A DNA stretch of 64,000 nucleotides from Bacteroidales bacterium (GTDB lineage: Bacteria > Bacteroidota > Bacteroidia > Bacteroidales > WCHB1-69), in the NCBI GenBank assembly GCA_017650305.1, contig JAGCFD010000052.1:21096-85095 (forward strand). Direction: 5' to 3'. Numbering within the stretch: position 1 is the first letter of the stretch; each line of letters begins with the position of its first letter. A program made the position numbers and the translations under genes. The notes below the pieces were generated by a model that saw only the letters and a program-made list of their open reading frames with translations, was not told where the DNA came from and did no database searches. Below are positions 17,446 through 27,113 of the stretch, one piece after another.

Positions 17446-20365
17446 CACTGCCCGTGAACTGATAGGGACGGCCATTGTGGTCGGTGCAGCGGATAACGTA
17501 GGAGTAGGTGGCATCGGTCGCCAGCTTTCCGCGAACGCTGCCATCCCAAACAAAGTTCTTGTCAGTGGAGAAAAATACCATCTCGCCCCATCGGTTGAAG
17601 ATGCTGATGGAGAAATCAGAAATTCTCATCTGGGCATAATCCGAAATGAAGAGTACATCGTTTAATCCGTCGCCATTGCTCGGCGTGATGGCATTGGGCA
17701 GATTCAAGACCAATGGACAAAACGGGATCGTGATCCGCTGAATGCTCTCGCAAGCACTGTTGGTGGCCGTCACGCTGTATAGACCGCTGAAGGTGACATC
17801 GATAGAGGTGGAGGATTCGCCCGTGTTCCAATGGTAGTTGTCAAAATTCAGCCCTTCAGCTATGAGGGTGGTTTCCTGGTTGGTGCAGAAATCAGGGTTG
17901 GTGGATGTTAGTCGTAGGAATGTGTCGATGACGGTCAAGTGCATGTTGACGGCACTGTCGCATTCGTGCAGAGAGGTGAACATGCGGAAGTAGTCTCCCG
18001 ATTCCTCAATCACCTCCCCGTTCCATAGGTAATAACCACATACGGTTTCCCACACTTCATTCTCTTCCGGATGACCAATGGAGAGGTGTAGGGTGACGAG
18101 ACTGTCGCATCCCTTCGCAGTTTGGTATAGCCTGTCGTAATCGCCACTCTCGGTATAGGTTTCGCCTTCCCAGGAATATTCCATGCAGGCGAATTTTTGG
18201 ATATGCTCATGATAGGATGGCAGGATGTTCAGATGGAGGTTTACGAGGCTGTCGCACCCTTCCGTGCCCGTGAGCGTGCGGGTTGTGGTGTACTCGGTCA
18301 AGCCGTCCAACGTGTTGGCAGCGATGTTGAAGCCGTTGTTGGAATAGGCTACGCCTGCGCAGATCTCATCCGTCAGAAACGTTTCTGTAGTCTCCACAAT
18401 CTCCACCGAGACGGTGTCGATCCCGGAACAAAGCACTTGCGAGCCATTCATCAGACGGGCGGTGAGCACATACTCTCCCGCCGAAGAGGTGGTCAGGTTG
18501 GCACTGTTGTCACCGGTATTCCATAAGTAGTTGTAATGGCTGTTGATGTCTGATGGCGCGAGGATGATGCTTTGTTCTTCACAAATATGTCGGTCTTCGC
18601 CCAAGTCCACGTCGGGTATGGCATGTACTTGAAGTGCAAAAGCGGTGTCGTAGGCGCATCCAAAATCATCGAGAACATGAAAGTGATAGGTCTGTTGGCC
18701 AGCTGTAACTCCCGTTAGTGAGTTCCCGGAGACCCCAATCCCGGAGAAATAGGCGGTGTCCAATCCTACCTCGTAAGACCAGTTCTGAGGCAATAAGGCA
18801 GGGTTGAGCGCCAACTCCCACTCCACAATATAGCCATTGTCTTGGTTTTCCAAATCCTGAACTTGGATGTACCAGTTGCCATTGAGGGGACATCCGATTA
18901 GCGAGGAGAAGTTCTGGTAGGGATGGTAGATGTGGGTCATGTTGGCAATGTTGGATGAATCCACACTGGGGTGATATGTGCCCACGTCCCAGTGCGGGTT
19001 GTACTGGCTGTGGATATTGGCATCGTTGTATAAGACACCGTTGGCGGGAGCATAGTTGTAGCCCAAACTGCTATTGTTTGACCAAATGTAGTTCCAAGGC
19101 TCTCCCATGGGGTTGATGCTGGGGTCGCAAGTGCCTTCGTCAGGTCGGTGGGCGATGCCCAAGTTGATGCGGTACATGCCAATCGACCAGTCGGAAGCAT
19201 AGTTGGGGTGGGGCAGGATGGTGGCATTCTGGCCGTTAGGACAGTAAATCTTGATGACCAGATCCTCAATGGCGGAGTGCTCCATCTTGATGCGGACGAA
19301 TAGCAAATCGTTGGCGCTGGATATCGAGGCTTCATTGGCGAAGTCGGTGAATGTCACGTTGGAGCGGTAATAGGTGCCGTAAGGCGGACAACTGATGCCG
19401 TCGGGCAGGAAGACCGTGTCTTGGATGATCAGATTGGTCTGCTGGGTGTAACTGACCTCCTGTAGCTGAAACTGATTGTTGCTGGGATACCCGATGCTGG
19501 GCGTGACCGACTGCCCGACACAAATCTGCGGCAGGTTTTGAATGGCATGCAAAGGGTTCTTGGAGGTGCGTAAACGAAATGCGATGGGCTGGCTGGCAGG
19601 ACAACTCAGCGAATCTAAGGTGATGACGGAGATGTCATATCCATGCGCATCTTGGAATGTGTGGGTCAGGCTGGTGAGACCCGTGCCGTTGAGGGTGGTG
19701 TCGTTGCCAAGTTTCCAAGAAAAGAGGGTGGTCGCATCCTGCTGCCCGTATCCATGCATGTGATTGTTCGGATATAACCCCTTGACACTGAGATGGACGG
19801 TTTCCTGAGGACAAATGTCAAGATAAAAGTAGTTGTCGTCAGAATGCAGGACGGGCAGGTGGGAGCATTGAGCCGTGTCGAATACAATCTGGTATGGCTG
19901 GCAAACGGGTGCGCAGGTGGCGTGAAGTTTGAAGCCTGCACCGTGGGTGCTTCCGTGTGTGGTGGGGAAATTGGAGGAGTGAAAGCGCAAGGTCAACGCA
20001 CCGGAGACATTCTCCGGACTGGCAGCGTAGGTCTGGAAAGTGGAGCTGGTTTGGTTACTGTTGTTAAGCCAGACCATAGGAGCACCGGTGGCTGTGGGAC
20101 CGTCATAGATGAAGAGGGTGTCGCTCTGGTGTATGTCGATGGAAACAACCTCCAAGGCGATGCTTCCCTGGTTGGCAGTGGGGTAGATGGTGAGCGTCTG
20201 GTTGAGGTTGGGACCGTAGATGCTGCTGGCCCCGCCATTGTCATACACATAGTAGTCGCAGCCTTGTACCGAAGTCTGCGAACCCATGTTGACGGAAGTC
20301 TGGGCTGAGACAACGGAAGACAAGAAGATAAGGGTGAAGATAATATGGATAGTCTTGCTGCTCAT
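17432..20365 (-). CDS. large secreted adhesin-like protein with P-domain-like module and T9SS type-B (gliding-motility CHU_C) C-terminal sorting domain
   Basis: About 977 aa from MSSKTIHIIF (signal peptide ..VVSAQT). Motif GNWYIQVQDLENQDNGYIVEWEL is P-domain-like. Three tandem C-DS-V-(N)LHL modules. The C-terminus NAITPSNGDGLNDVLFI..FNRWGEMVF..WDG matches the type-B CTD pattern. Confidence 0.75.
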   Translation of the reverse strand: MSSKTIHIIFTLIFLSSVVSAQTSVNMGSQTSVQGCDYYVYDNGGASSIYGPNLNQTLTIYPTANQGSIALEVVSIDIHQSDTLFIYDGPTATGAPMVWLNNSNQTSSTFQTYAASPENVSGALTLRFHSSNFPTTHGSTHGAGFKLHATCAPVCQPYQIVFDTAQCSHLPVLHSDDNYFYLDICPQETVHLSVKGLYPNNHMHGYGQQDATTLFSWKLGNDTTLNGTGLTSLTHTFQDAHGYDISVITLDSLSCPASQPIAFRLRTSKNPLHAIQNLPQICVGQSVTPSIGYPSNNQFQLQEVSYTQQTNLIIQDTVFLPDGISCPPYGTYYRSNVTFTDFANEASISSANDLLFVRIKMEHSAIEDLVIKIYCPNGQNATILPHPNYASDWSIGMYRINLGIAHRPDEGTCDPSINPMGEPWNYIWSNNSSLGYNYAPANGVLYNDANIHSQYNPHWDVGTYHPSVDSSNIANMTHIYHPYQNFSSLIGCPLNGNWYIQVQDLENQDNGYIVEWELALNPALLPQNWSYEVGLDTAYFSGIGVSGNSLTGVTAGQQTYHFHVLDDFGCAYDTAFALQVHAIPDVDLGEDRHICEEQSIILAPSDINSHYNYLWNTGDNSANLTTSSAGEYVLTARLMNGSQVLCSGIDTVSVEIVETTETFLTDEICAGVAYSNNGFNIAANTLDGLTEYTTTRTLTGTEGCDSLVNLHLNILPSYHEHIQKFACMEYSWEGETYTESGDYDRLYQTAKGCDSLVTLHLSIGHPEENEVWETVCGYYLWNGEVIEESGDYFRMFTSLHECDSAVNMHLTVIDTFLRLTSTNPDFCTNQETTLIAEGLNFDNYHWNTGESSTSIDVTFSGLYSVTATNSACESIQRITIPFCPLVLNLPNAITPSNGDGLNDVLFISDYAQMRISDFSISIFNRWGEMVFFSTDKNFVWDGSVRGKLATDATYSYVIRCTDHNGRPYQFTGSVTVL

Positions 20366-20378
20366 TACAAAAAGGTTG

Positions 20379-20386
20379 CAAAGATA
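20379..20386 (-). promoter_or_regulatory. -7 promoter box TATCTTTG for the adhesin gene
   Basis: The reverse complement of caaagata lies 13 nt upstream of the ATG at 20365. This argues against the track start at 20401. Confidence 0.5.
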
Positions 20387-20497
20387 TAAAAAATGAATCA
20401 TTATTCAGTACCACAATTAATTTTTCAGATCTGCCGTTATGTATCTGCTATTTTTTTGCATTTTTGCAGATTGTTATTTTTTGAAAAAAATGTTTCT

Positions 20498-21592
20498 ATG
20501 TACTTGAATGATAGTCTGAAACGGCATTACGAGGCGGATTCCTATTCGGCTCTTGAAGCACAACGGATGGCGCAATTTTACACGTTTGGACCGATGATGT
20601 TCCAGGTGGCCAGACTGATGGTCAAATGGGGTATCCTGGAAATGCTTGGCGAGGCCCCTTCCACCGAGAAAGAGGTGGCTGAAAAGGCGGGGATATCCCA
20701 ATATGCTGCCAAATGCCTGCTGGAGTCTTCTCTGACCATGCATTTGGTAACGGTCGACACCACAACAAATCGCTACTCGCTTGCCAAAATCGGCTGGTTC
20801 CTCCTGCATGACCATTCCACCCGCGTCAATATGGATTTCAACAACGATGTGGTGTATCAGGGGATGTTCTATCTGGAGGATGCTTTCCGCACGGGCCAGC
20901 CAGCTGGATTGAAGACGCTCGGAGACTGGCCGACTGTCTATGAAGGCCTCTCCTCCTTGCCGGAGCCTGCTTCCTCCAGTTGGTTTGCCTTTGACCATTT
21001 CTACAGCGACACGGCCTTTGAGACAGCACTGAAAGTTGTCTTTTCCAAGCCTGTCCGTCATCTGATGGACATCGGCGGCAATACCGGACGATGGGCGATG
21101 CAATGCGTCCAACACGATCCCGAAGTGCAGGTCACCGTGGTGGATCTCCCCCAACAGTTGGAACTGATGCGCCAGCAGACGGCAGGTAAGGATGGAGCCG
21201 ACAGGGTCGATGGGTTCGCCACCGATGTGCTGAAACCGGACTTCCCATTGCCTGCCCACTGTTCCTATGATGCCGTCTGGATGAGCCAGTTCTTGGATTG
21301 TTTCAGCGAAGAACAGATATCCCGAATTCTTAACCGTGTTGCCGAGGTGATGACACCAGACACCCGCCTCTATATCATGGAGACATTCTGGGATCGGCAA
21401 AAGTTCGAGACCGCCGCTTTCTGCCTCGTGATGACCAGCCTCTATTTTACCACCATCGCCAACGGCAATAGCAAGATGTATCATTCCGACGATATGATCA
21501 CGCTTGTTGAAAATGCCGGCATGGAGGTGGAAAGGTCCGAAGATATGATCGGTTTGGGACACACCATTCTGATATGCCGAAAAAAATCATGA
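20498..21592 (+). CDS. class I SAM-dependent O-methyltransferase (COMT-like, with N-terminal dimerisation/wHTH domain)
   Basis: 364 aa from MYLNDSL. SAM motif I LMDIGGNTGRW. The track ORF start at 20393 reads through the divergent promoter region. Confidence 0.8.
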   Translation: MYLNDSLKRHYEADSYSALEAQRMAQFYTFGPMMFQVARLMVKWGILEMLGEAPSTEKEVAEKAGISQYAAKCLLESSLTMHLVTVDTTTNRYSLAKIGWFLLHDHSTRVNMDFNNDVVYQGMFYLEDAFRTGQPAGLKTLGDWPTVYEGLSSLPEPASSSWFAFDHFYSDTAFETALKVVFSKPVRHLMDIGGNTGRWAMQCVQHDPEVQVTVVDLPQQLELMRQQTAGKDGADRVDGFATDVLKPDFPLPAHCSYDAVWMSQFLDCFSEEQISRILNRVAEVMTPDTRLYIMETFWDRQKFETAAFCLVMTSLYFTTIANGNSKMYHSDDMITLVENAGMEVERSEDMIGLGHTILICRKKS

Positions 21593-21607
21593 TGAGTGAG
21601 CGCAAGG

Positions 21608-21629
21608 ACAAGTCGTACTTGTTTTTTTT
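21608..21629 (+). terminator. rho-independent terminator after the methyltransferase gene
   Basis: Stem acaagt/acttgt with a 3-nt loop, followed by T8. Confidence 0.55.
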
Positions 21630-21630
21630 A

Positions 21631-21638
21631 TATTTTTG
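21631..21638 (+). promoter_or_regulatory. -7 promoter box TATTTTTG for the ACP/KS operon
   Basis: Consensus match 98 nt upstream of the ACP ATG. Confidence 0.4.
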
Positions 21639-21736
21639 CATTTTTTATGAATGATATGTGCAGGTTGTAAAGGATGACTGCACGAAATGTGTTGTAAGGT
21701 ATTTTCATCCTTTGTGTTAAGAGTTTTTATAGAAAG

Positions 21737-21979
21737 ATGAATAGAAGTGAAATAGAAGAAAAAGTGAATGCTTTTTTGGTAGAAGAGTTAGAGATTGAGG
21801 AGGAAAAGTTGGTGCCGGAAGCCTTGTTGAAGGAACAATTGGGCATCGACAGCCTGGATTTTGTTGATATTGTAGTCATCGTGGAGAAACTGTTTGGGTT
21901 TAAAATCAAACCTGAGGATATGAAGAATGTGAAAACCCTTTCCCAGTTTTACGATTATATCGAATCCAAGGTGGCATAA
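21737..21979 (+). CDS. acyl carrier protein
   Basis: 80 aa. Phosphopantetheine attachment motif LGIDSLDFVDI. Confidence 0.9.
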   Translation: MNRSEIEEKVNAFLVEELEIEEEKLVPEALLKEQLGIDSLDFVDIVVIVEKLFGFKIKPEDMKNVKTLSQFYDYIESKVA

Positions 21980-21990
21980 TCTCATAGACT

Positions 21991-22872
21991 ATGGCAGCTG
22001 AGCGGGCTTGGCAGGGCACTACTGACGGTAACTCGTGGATGCACCGGAACCTCATTCGGATCATGAGGATTGTGCCGTTACGGCTTATGTACGGCTTCGT
22101 CGCTCTGTTTGTGGTCCCCTTCTATTTCGTCTTTTCCAAGGGCTTTCGTCCTACCTATCGTTTTTTTCACCATAGGCTTGGCTATTCATCCGTGAAGTCT
22201 TTCTTCGCGACTTATTGCAACTTCTGCCGCTTCTCTCAGGTTATCCTGGATCGATTTTACTGCTATGCAGGCGGGAAGTTTGAGTTCCAAATCGACCAAT
22301 ATCAACTTTATCAGGATTGCGCTGCTGCAGAGCCGGGCTTCCTGATCCTGAGTGCCCATGTCGGTAACTATGAGCTGGCGGGCTATTCCCTCGTGGCAAC
22401 CCAAAAACGATATAACACCCTCGTCTTTGGCGGTGAGGCTGAATCTGTGATGCAGAATCGCCAGAAGATGTTCGCCGATACGAATATCCGAATGATCTTG
22501 GTGAAAGAGGATATGTCGCATATCTTCTTGATGAATAGTGCATTGGAAAATGGAGAGAGCGTCAGCATCCCCGCTGATCGGGTGGTGCATAACCAGAAGA
22601 CGGTGACCTGCAACTTGCTGGGCGCTCCGGCCAAACTGCCGCTGGGTCCTTTTATGATGGCGGCTCAACGCGATGTGGCCCTCCTCTCAATCCAGGTGAT
22701 GAAAGAGTCAGCCAAGCAATATCATATCTACATCGAACAGCTGAAGAGTGAGTCGGCTTCCGTCCGTGACAAGGCTGCTGATTTGGCACAACAGTACGCC
22801 AACCATGTGGAGTCCGTAGTCCGGAAATACCCCTATCAATGGTTTAACTATTACGATTTTTGGCAAGCCTGA
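21991..22872 (+). CDS. LpxL/HtrB-family (lysophospholipid/lipid A type) acyltransferase
   Basis: 293 aa. N-terminal TM helix and catalytic-type motif SAHVGNYELAG. Confidence 0.7.
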   Translation: MAAERAWQGTTDGNSWMHRNLIRIMRIVPLRLMYGFVALFVVPFYFVFSKGFRPTYRFFHHRLGYSSVKSFFATYCNFCRFSQVILDRFYCYAGGKFEFQIDQYQLYQDCAAAEPGFLILSAHVGNYELAGYSLVATQKRYNTLVFGGEAESVMQNRQKMFADTNIRMILVKEDMSHIFLMNSALENGESVSIPADRVVHNQKTVTCNLLGAPAKLPLGPFMMAAQRDVALLSIQVMKESAKQYHIYIEQLKSESASVRDKAADLAQQYANHVESVVRKYPYQWFNYYDFWQA

Positions 22873-22874
22873 CA

Positions 22875-23315
22875 ATGAATTTTACCGATATCCACATACA
22901 ATCTTTGCTCCCTCAACAACCACCGATGGTGATGGTGGATCGTTTGCTCTCTGCAGACCTGAAGACCGCTGTTACCTCGTTGGAAATTCGGGCAGATAAT
23001 ATGTTCGTCGAGCATGGAATGCTGAAATGCTATGCTTTGATTGAGCATATTGCGCAGACCTGTGCTGCCCAATTGGGCTTTGTGGATAAGTATCTGCGAG
23101 GACAGGATGGCGTGAGGATCGGTTATATTGGCTCTGTTAAGAAGATGCGGGTGGAGACTGCCCCTAAAGTCGGGGAGGTGCTGACGACCCGCATGGAGGT
23201 GTTGGAAGAGGTGATGGATATGAAGTTGATATCAGCCGAGACATTTGTCGGTGAGCGCCGAATCGCCTCCGCTGAACTGAAAATAGCCCTGTCGGGAGAA
23301 AGGATTGGTGTATGA
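22875..23315 (+). CDS. hotdog-fold 3-hydroxyacyl-ACP dehydratase-like protein
   Basis: 146 aa from MNFTDIH. LLPQQPPMVMVD N-terminus as in aryl-polyene dehydratase subunits. The track start at 22860 would overlap the previous gene. Confidence 0.6.
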   Translation: MNFTDIHIQSLLPQQPPMVMVDRLLSADLKTAVTSLEIRADNMFVEHGMLKCYALIEHIAQTCAAQLGFVDKYLRGQDGVRIGYIGSVKKMRVETAPKVGEVLTTRMEVLEEVMDMKLISAETFVGERRIASAELKIALSGERIGV

Positions 23316-24463
23316 TAGTCAGGAAGATAGGCGAGAGCATGATTACGCCTCTGGGCTTTTCCGTGGAGGAGAACTTCCAAGCTGTGCTTGAGATGCGCTC
23401 TGCGTTGCGTCTCTATGAGCATTGCTGGAACATGCCCTTCCCCTGCCAACTCTCCCTGATCCCCGATGATCTGTTGGAGGCTGCATTCCAAGAGGAAGTC
23501 GAACTGCCCAGACTTCCATCCCCAGCATGTACACGATTTGAGAAGCTGTCGTTGCTGTCGGCTGTGAAAGCGGTCAGACAGAGTGGCATAGACCCGAAGT
23601 CAGAAAGGGTCCTCTTTGTGCTGTCGTCCACCAAAGGCAATGTGTCTTTGCTTTCTGAGAAAACGGTCGATATGCAGAGGGTCACCCCTGCCCATACGGC
23701 CCAGCTGCTTGCTGATTATTTTGGCAACCCGAATACACCGATAACCGTCTCCAATGCCTGCATATCAGGCCTGTGTGCCCAGATGGAGGCTTATCGTTGC
23801 CTTCTGTCTGGACAATATGATGCTGCGGTGGTCGTTGGTGCCGATGCACTCTCGCCCTTCATCGTGGCGGGTTTCCAGTCATTGCGCGCCTTGTCGGTGG
23901 AGCAGTGCCATCCATTCAGTGACAGTCGGAAAGGGTTGAACCTGGGCGAAGCTGCTGCTGCCGTAGTTTGGGAAGCTGCCGAAGACTATGCTCTTGACAC
24001 CTCTTGGAAGATGATGGCGGCTGCCGTGCGCAACGATGCCAACCATATCTCCGGCCCCTCCCGCACGGGAGAAGGCAGCTATCGTGCACTCCAAGCCGTG
24101 CTGCAGCGAAGTGGCTTGTCAGCCAAGGACTTGGCGTGCCTGAATGTGCATGGGACGGCAACCCTCTACAATGATGAGATGGAGGCTGTCGCCATTAGCC
24201 GGGCGGACCTTGCCAGTGTGCCGGTGAATGCCTTGAAAGGTTACTATGGCCATACGCTTGGTGCCGCCGGCGTGTTGGAGGTGCTCCTGACCATGTGTGC
24301 CCTGGACCATGGGCTTGTCCCCGCCACCCGCGGATTCGAAGGACTTGGAGTCTCCGTGCCCCTTCAAGTGTCGGCGGAGACGATGAAGACAAGCCAACGC
24401 TCATTTGTGAAACTATTGTCCGGCTTTGGAGGCTGTAATGCCGCCGCCGCCTTTACCCGTTAA
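23312..24463 (+). CDS. beta-ketoacyl-ACP synthase (KAS I/II-like, Cys-His-His)
   Basis: 383 aa. Active-site motifs NACISG, NVHGTAT and YYGHTLGAAG. ATGA overlap with the dehydratase gene. Confidence 0.85.
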   Translation: MIVRKIGESMITPLGFSVEENFQAVLEMRSALRLYEHCWNMPFPCQLSLIPDDLLEAAFQEEVELPRLPSPACTRFEKLSLLSAVKAVRQSGIDPKSERVLFVLSSTKGNVSLLSEKTVDMQRVTPAHTAQLLADYFGNPNTPITVSNACISGLCAQMEAYRCLLSGQYDAAVVVGADALSPFIVAGFQSLRALSVEQCHPFSDSRKGLNLGEAAAAVVWEAAEDYALDTSWKMMAAAVRNDANHISGPSRTGEGSYRALQAVLQRSGLSAKDLACLNVHGTATLYNDEMEAVAISRADLASVPVNALKGYYGHTLGAAGVLEVLLTMCALDHGLVPATRGFEGLGVSVPLQVSAETMKTSQRSFVKLLSGFGGCNAAAAFTR

Positions 24464-24473
24464 TTGCTGTACG

Positions 24474-25037
24474 ATGAAGAAAAGGATCACACATTCGGTT
24501 AAATTGACTTGTCAGACCTTGGAGGTGGATGGTAAACGCGTGGCCATGGCGGTGGAGGGGGAGTCTTTCCTCACCTCGTTGTATCATGCGGCATCCATAG
24601 AATATCCCAAGTTCTTCAAGATGGATCTCTTGAGCAAGGTCGGCTTCATCGCTTCCGAGTACCTGCTGAATGCAGAGGGGAAAGAGCGTTTTCAGCCTGC
24701 AGACGACCGCGCGATACTCCTGTTCAATAGAAATTCTTCTTGGAATGCCGATACAACATTCCAGCAGACAATAGACAATCCTGAGGAGTTCTACCCGTCA
24801 CCGGCGGTGTTTGTTTATACACTCCCGAACATCGTCACCGGCGAGATTGCCATCCGGAACAAATATCATGGCGAGAGCGACTTTATCCTCCTGCCGGAGA
24901 TGTCCGAGGCGGCCATGGACCAGGCGATAGACCGGGCTTTTCTGGATCCGGCGACTACGAGCGTGTTGGCGGGATGGGTGGAAGCCATTTCAGAAGATGA
25001 TTTTGAAGCCTTCTTAACCATAACGGAAGGCTATTAA
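24474..25037 (+). CDS. short thiolase-fold/KS-like accessory protein (no catalytic Cys recognised)
   Basis: 187 aa from MKKRITH. Sits between a KS and an ACP. There is one mid-sequence Cys in the N-terminal region, and it is not in a KS context. Confidence 0.4.
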   Translation: MKKRITHSVKLTCQTLEVDGKRVAMAVEGESFLTSLYHAASIEYPKFFKMDLLSKVGFIASEYLLNAEGKERFQPADDRAILLFNRNSSWNADTTFQQTIDNPEEFYPSPAVFVYTLPNIVTGEIAIRNKYHGESDFILLPEMSEAAMDQAIDRAFLDPATTSVLAGWVEAISEDDFEAFLTITEGY

Positions 25038-25060
25038 TGGATAAGTAAACCTATAAAGAT

Positions 25061-25318
25061 ATGGAACTGATTGATGAATTAAAAACGAAAATGATTGAGG
25101 CGTTGAATCTGGAGGAGATGACGCCAGCTGACATTGACGAACAAGCCCCCTTGTTTGGCGAAGAGGGCCTCGGTCTGGATTCTATTGACGTCTTGGAGCT
25201 GATCGTGCTGCTCGATCGTACCTATGGTATCAAGATTGAGGATCCGAAGCTGGGCAAGGAGATCTTTACGTCTGTGCGCACGATGGCCGACTACGTGGCT
25301 GCAAACCGAACCAAATAG
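25061..25318 (+). CDS. acyl carrier protein
   Basis: 85 aa. Motif LGLDSIDVLELI. Confidence 0.9.
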   Translation: MELIDELKTKMIEALNLEEMTPADIDEQAPLFGEEGLGLDSIDVLELIVLLDRTYGIKIEDPKLGKEIFTSVRTMADYVAANRTK

Positions 25319-26500
25319 ATGTATCCACGGGTTGTCATCACCGGCATGGGAGTCGTCTCTGCACTCGGAGTGGGTGTGGAGGCCAATGCGTATGCGCTGA
25401 AGAAGGGACTCTCCGGCATCGGTACGGCGCGCTTCTTGCCTACCGACCACTTGGAGTTTCCTATCGGGGAAGTCCCGATGGGGAATGACGAGCTATGCTG
25501 GATGCTGGGACTGCCTCCCGGGCCGACCTGCTCGCGCACCCGACTCTTGGGAGTAGTGGCTCTGCGGGAGGCGCTGACCATGGCAAATCTGCAACACCAC
25601 GCTGGCCTGGCCCTGATCTCGGGGACCACAGTCGGAGGTATGGATGTCACGGAACGGCTCTATCCCAACCCGTTGCCTGAGGGTGTGTCCGATGTTCACG
25701 ACTGTGGCGCTTCCACCAATGCCATCGCCGATGACAGCGGCGACTTCAACTATACGGCTACCGTCTCCACGGCCTGCTCTTCCGCCATGAATGCCTTGAT
25801 TGCCGCTAAGCTGATGATCGAAAGCGGCGAGCGCGACATCGTTGTGGCAGGAGGCGCGGAGGCTATGTCGCTGTTTCACCTCAATGGCTTTAAGTCGCTG
25901 ATGATCCTGGATCGGCAACGGTGCCGTCCGTTCGACAAGACCCGTGCGGGCCTGAACTTGGGCGAGGGCGCGGCCTATCTCGTGCTTGAGAGCGAAACCT
26001 CGGCGCTGAGACGTGGCGTGAAGATCATTGGGGTGCTCAGTGGTGCAGGCAATGCCTGCGATGCCCATCACCAGACCGCCTCTTCGGAAGATGGTGAGGG
26101 CGCCTTCCGGGCTATGAAAATGGCCCTTGACGATGCGGGGTTGTCAACATCCGACATTGGCTATGTGAATGCGCATGGCACGGGAACCCCCAACAATGAC
26201 GCCTCTGAGAGCGCTGCGCTGAGGCGCGTCTTTGGCGACCAGCTGCCGCCAGTATCCTCCACAAAATCGTTAACCGGACATACGACCAGCGCCTCGGGTT
26301 CCCTGGAGGCGGCCTTCTGTCTCATGGCGATGCAACAAGGATTTTTGCCTGCTCAATCTGAATTTGAAAATAATGATGATCAATGCATCACACCTGTTAC
26401 CGCAAGCAATGCTTTAGATGCGGAACTGCATCATGTGATGTGTAATGCCTTCGGTTTCGGAGGCAACGATTCGTCTATAATCCTATCCCGTTATGAATAA
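25319..26500 (+). CDS. beta-ketoacyl-ACP synthase (FabF-like)
   Basis: 393 aa. Motifs TACSSAMNA, DAHH, NAHGTGTPNND and LTGHTTSASG. Confidence 0.9.
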   Translation: MYPRVVITGMGVVSALGVGVEANAYALKKGLSGIGTARFLPTDHLEFPIGEVPMGNDELCWMLGLPPGPTCSRTRLLGVVALREALTMANLQHHAGLALISGTTVGGMDVTERLYPNPLPEGVSDVHDCGASTNAIADDSGDFNYTATVSTACSSAMNALIAAKLMIESGERDIVVAGGAEAMSLFHLNGFKSLMILDRQRCRPFDKTRAGLNLGEGAAYLVLESETSALRRGVKIIGVLSGAGNACDAHHQTASSEDGEGAFRAMKMALDDAGLSTSDIGYVNAHGTGTPNNDASESAALRRVFGDQLPPVSSTKSLTGHTTSASGSLEAAFCLMAMQQGFLPAQSEFENNDDQCITPVTASNALDAELHHVMCNAFGFGGNDSSIILSRYE

Positions 26501-27113
26501 GGTGTACGTGACAGCAATCGTGAAAGAGGTCCCATTGGAGGAATACGGGCAATACCTGCCTCCGATGAAGGCCCGGCGCATGGGCAAGTTGCAGAAACGA
26601 GCTCTTGTGACCGCACTCAAGGCGATGGAAGCCAGTGGCATCATGGTGCCGGACGCCATCATCAACGGGACTGCCATGGGTTGTATGGAGAATACAGTGC
26701 AGATGCTCGATGGTTTGATGAAGGAAGGGGAGCAGATGAACATGCCGACCTGCTTCATGCAGTCCACCCACAACACGGTGGCTTCCATGATTGCCATCTA
26801 TACGAAGAATCACGGTTACAACACGACCTATTCCCACCGTACCATCTCTTTTGAGTTGGCTTTGCAGGATGCGCTTTTGCGCTTACGCACGGGACTCCTG
26901 CGCACAGCGCTAGTGTGTGCCAATGATGAACTCACGGAACTGCAACAACAACAGCCCCGCTTTTTCGGCCAACTGGAGGTGCAGGATCGCTCCGAGGCGT
27001 GGATGCTCTCCGTGGAGCCGGGCGATCACCCGATCTATGAGATTGAAAATGTGAATATTATACATCAAAAAGGCATGGAAGACCGTGCCGTTATCCAAAA
27101 AATATCGCTATGA
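26493..27113 (+). CDS. truncated KS-like protein (chain-length-factor-like partner)
   Basis: 206 aa. 8-nt overlap with the KS gene. Thiolase-fold-like half without an active-site Cys motif. Confidence 0.5.
   Translation: MNKVYVTAIVKEVPLEEYGQYLPPMKARRMGKLQKRALVTALKAMEASGIMVPDAIINGTAMGCMENTVQMLDGLMKEGEQMNMPTCFMQSTHNTVASMIAIYTKNHGYNTTYSHRTISFELALQDALLRLRTGLLRTALVCANDELTELQQQQPRFFGQLEVQDRSEAWMLSVEPGDHPIYEIENVNIIHQKGMEDRAVIQKISL

Noticed and set aside
20393-20497. N-terminal extensions offered by the ORF track: methyltransferase 20393, adhesin 20401, deaminase 15437, porin 40729, KS 55856, aroE 58129, 54771, LolA-like 27627, 36296.
   Set aside because: In each case the extension runs across a TAnnTTTG promoter box, a heptad array or the upstream gene. 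A downstream Met gives a signal peptide or a canonical N-terminus about 13-35 nt after the promoter box.
20474-21562. Long antisense ORFs opposite real genes. Examples: 20474-21562 (362 aa), 36515-37756 (413 aa), 50499-51725 (408 aa), 2735-3649, 30057-30932, 32046-32810, 38854-39711, 46788-47567, 56255-56989, 61181-61897.
   Set aside because: Each is fully nested in a well-supported gene on the other strand. Their composition is biased and low in complexity (Gly/His/Arg/Ala/Val-rich), with no motifs. They occur only in the GC-richer genes, which marks them as shadow ORFs.
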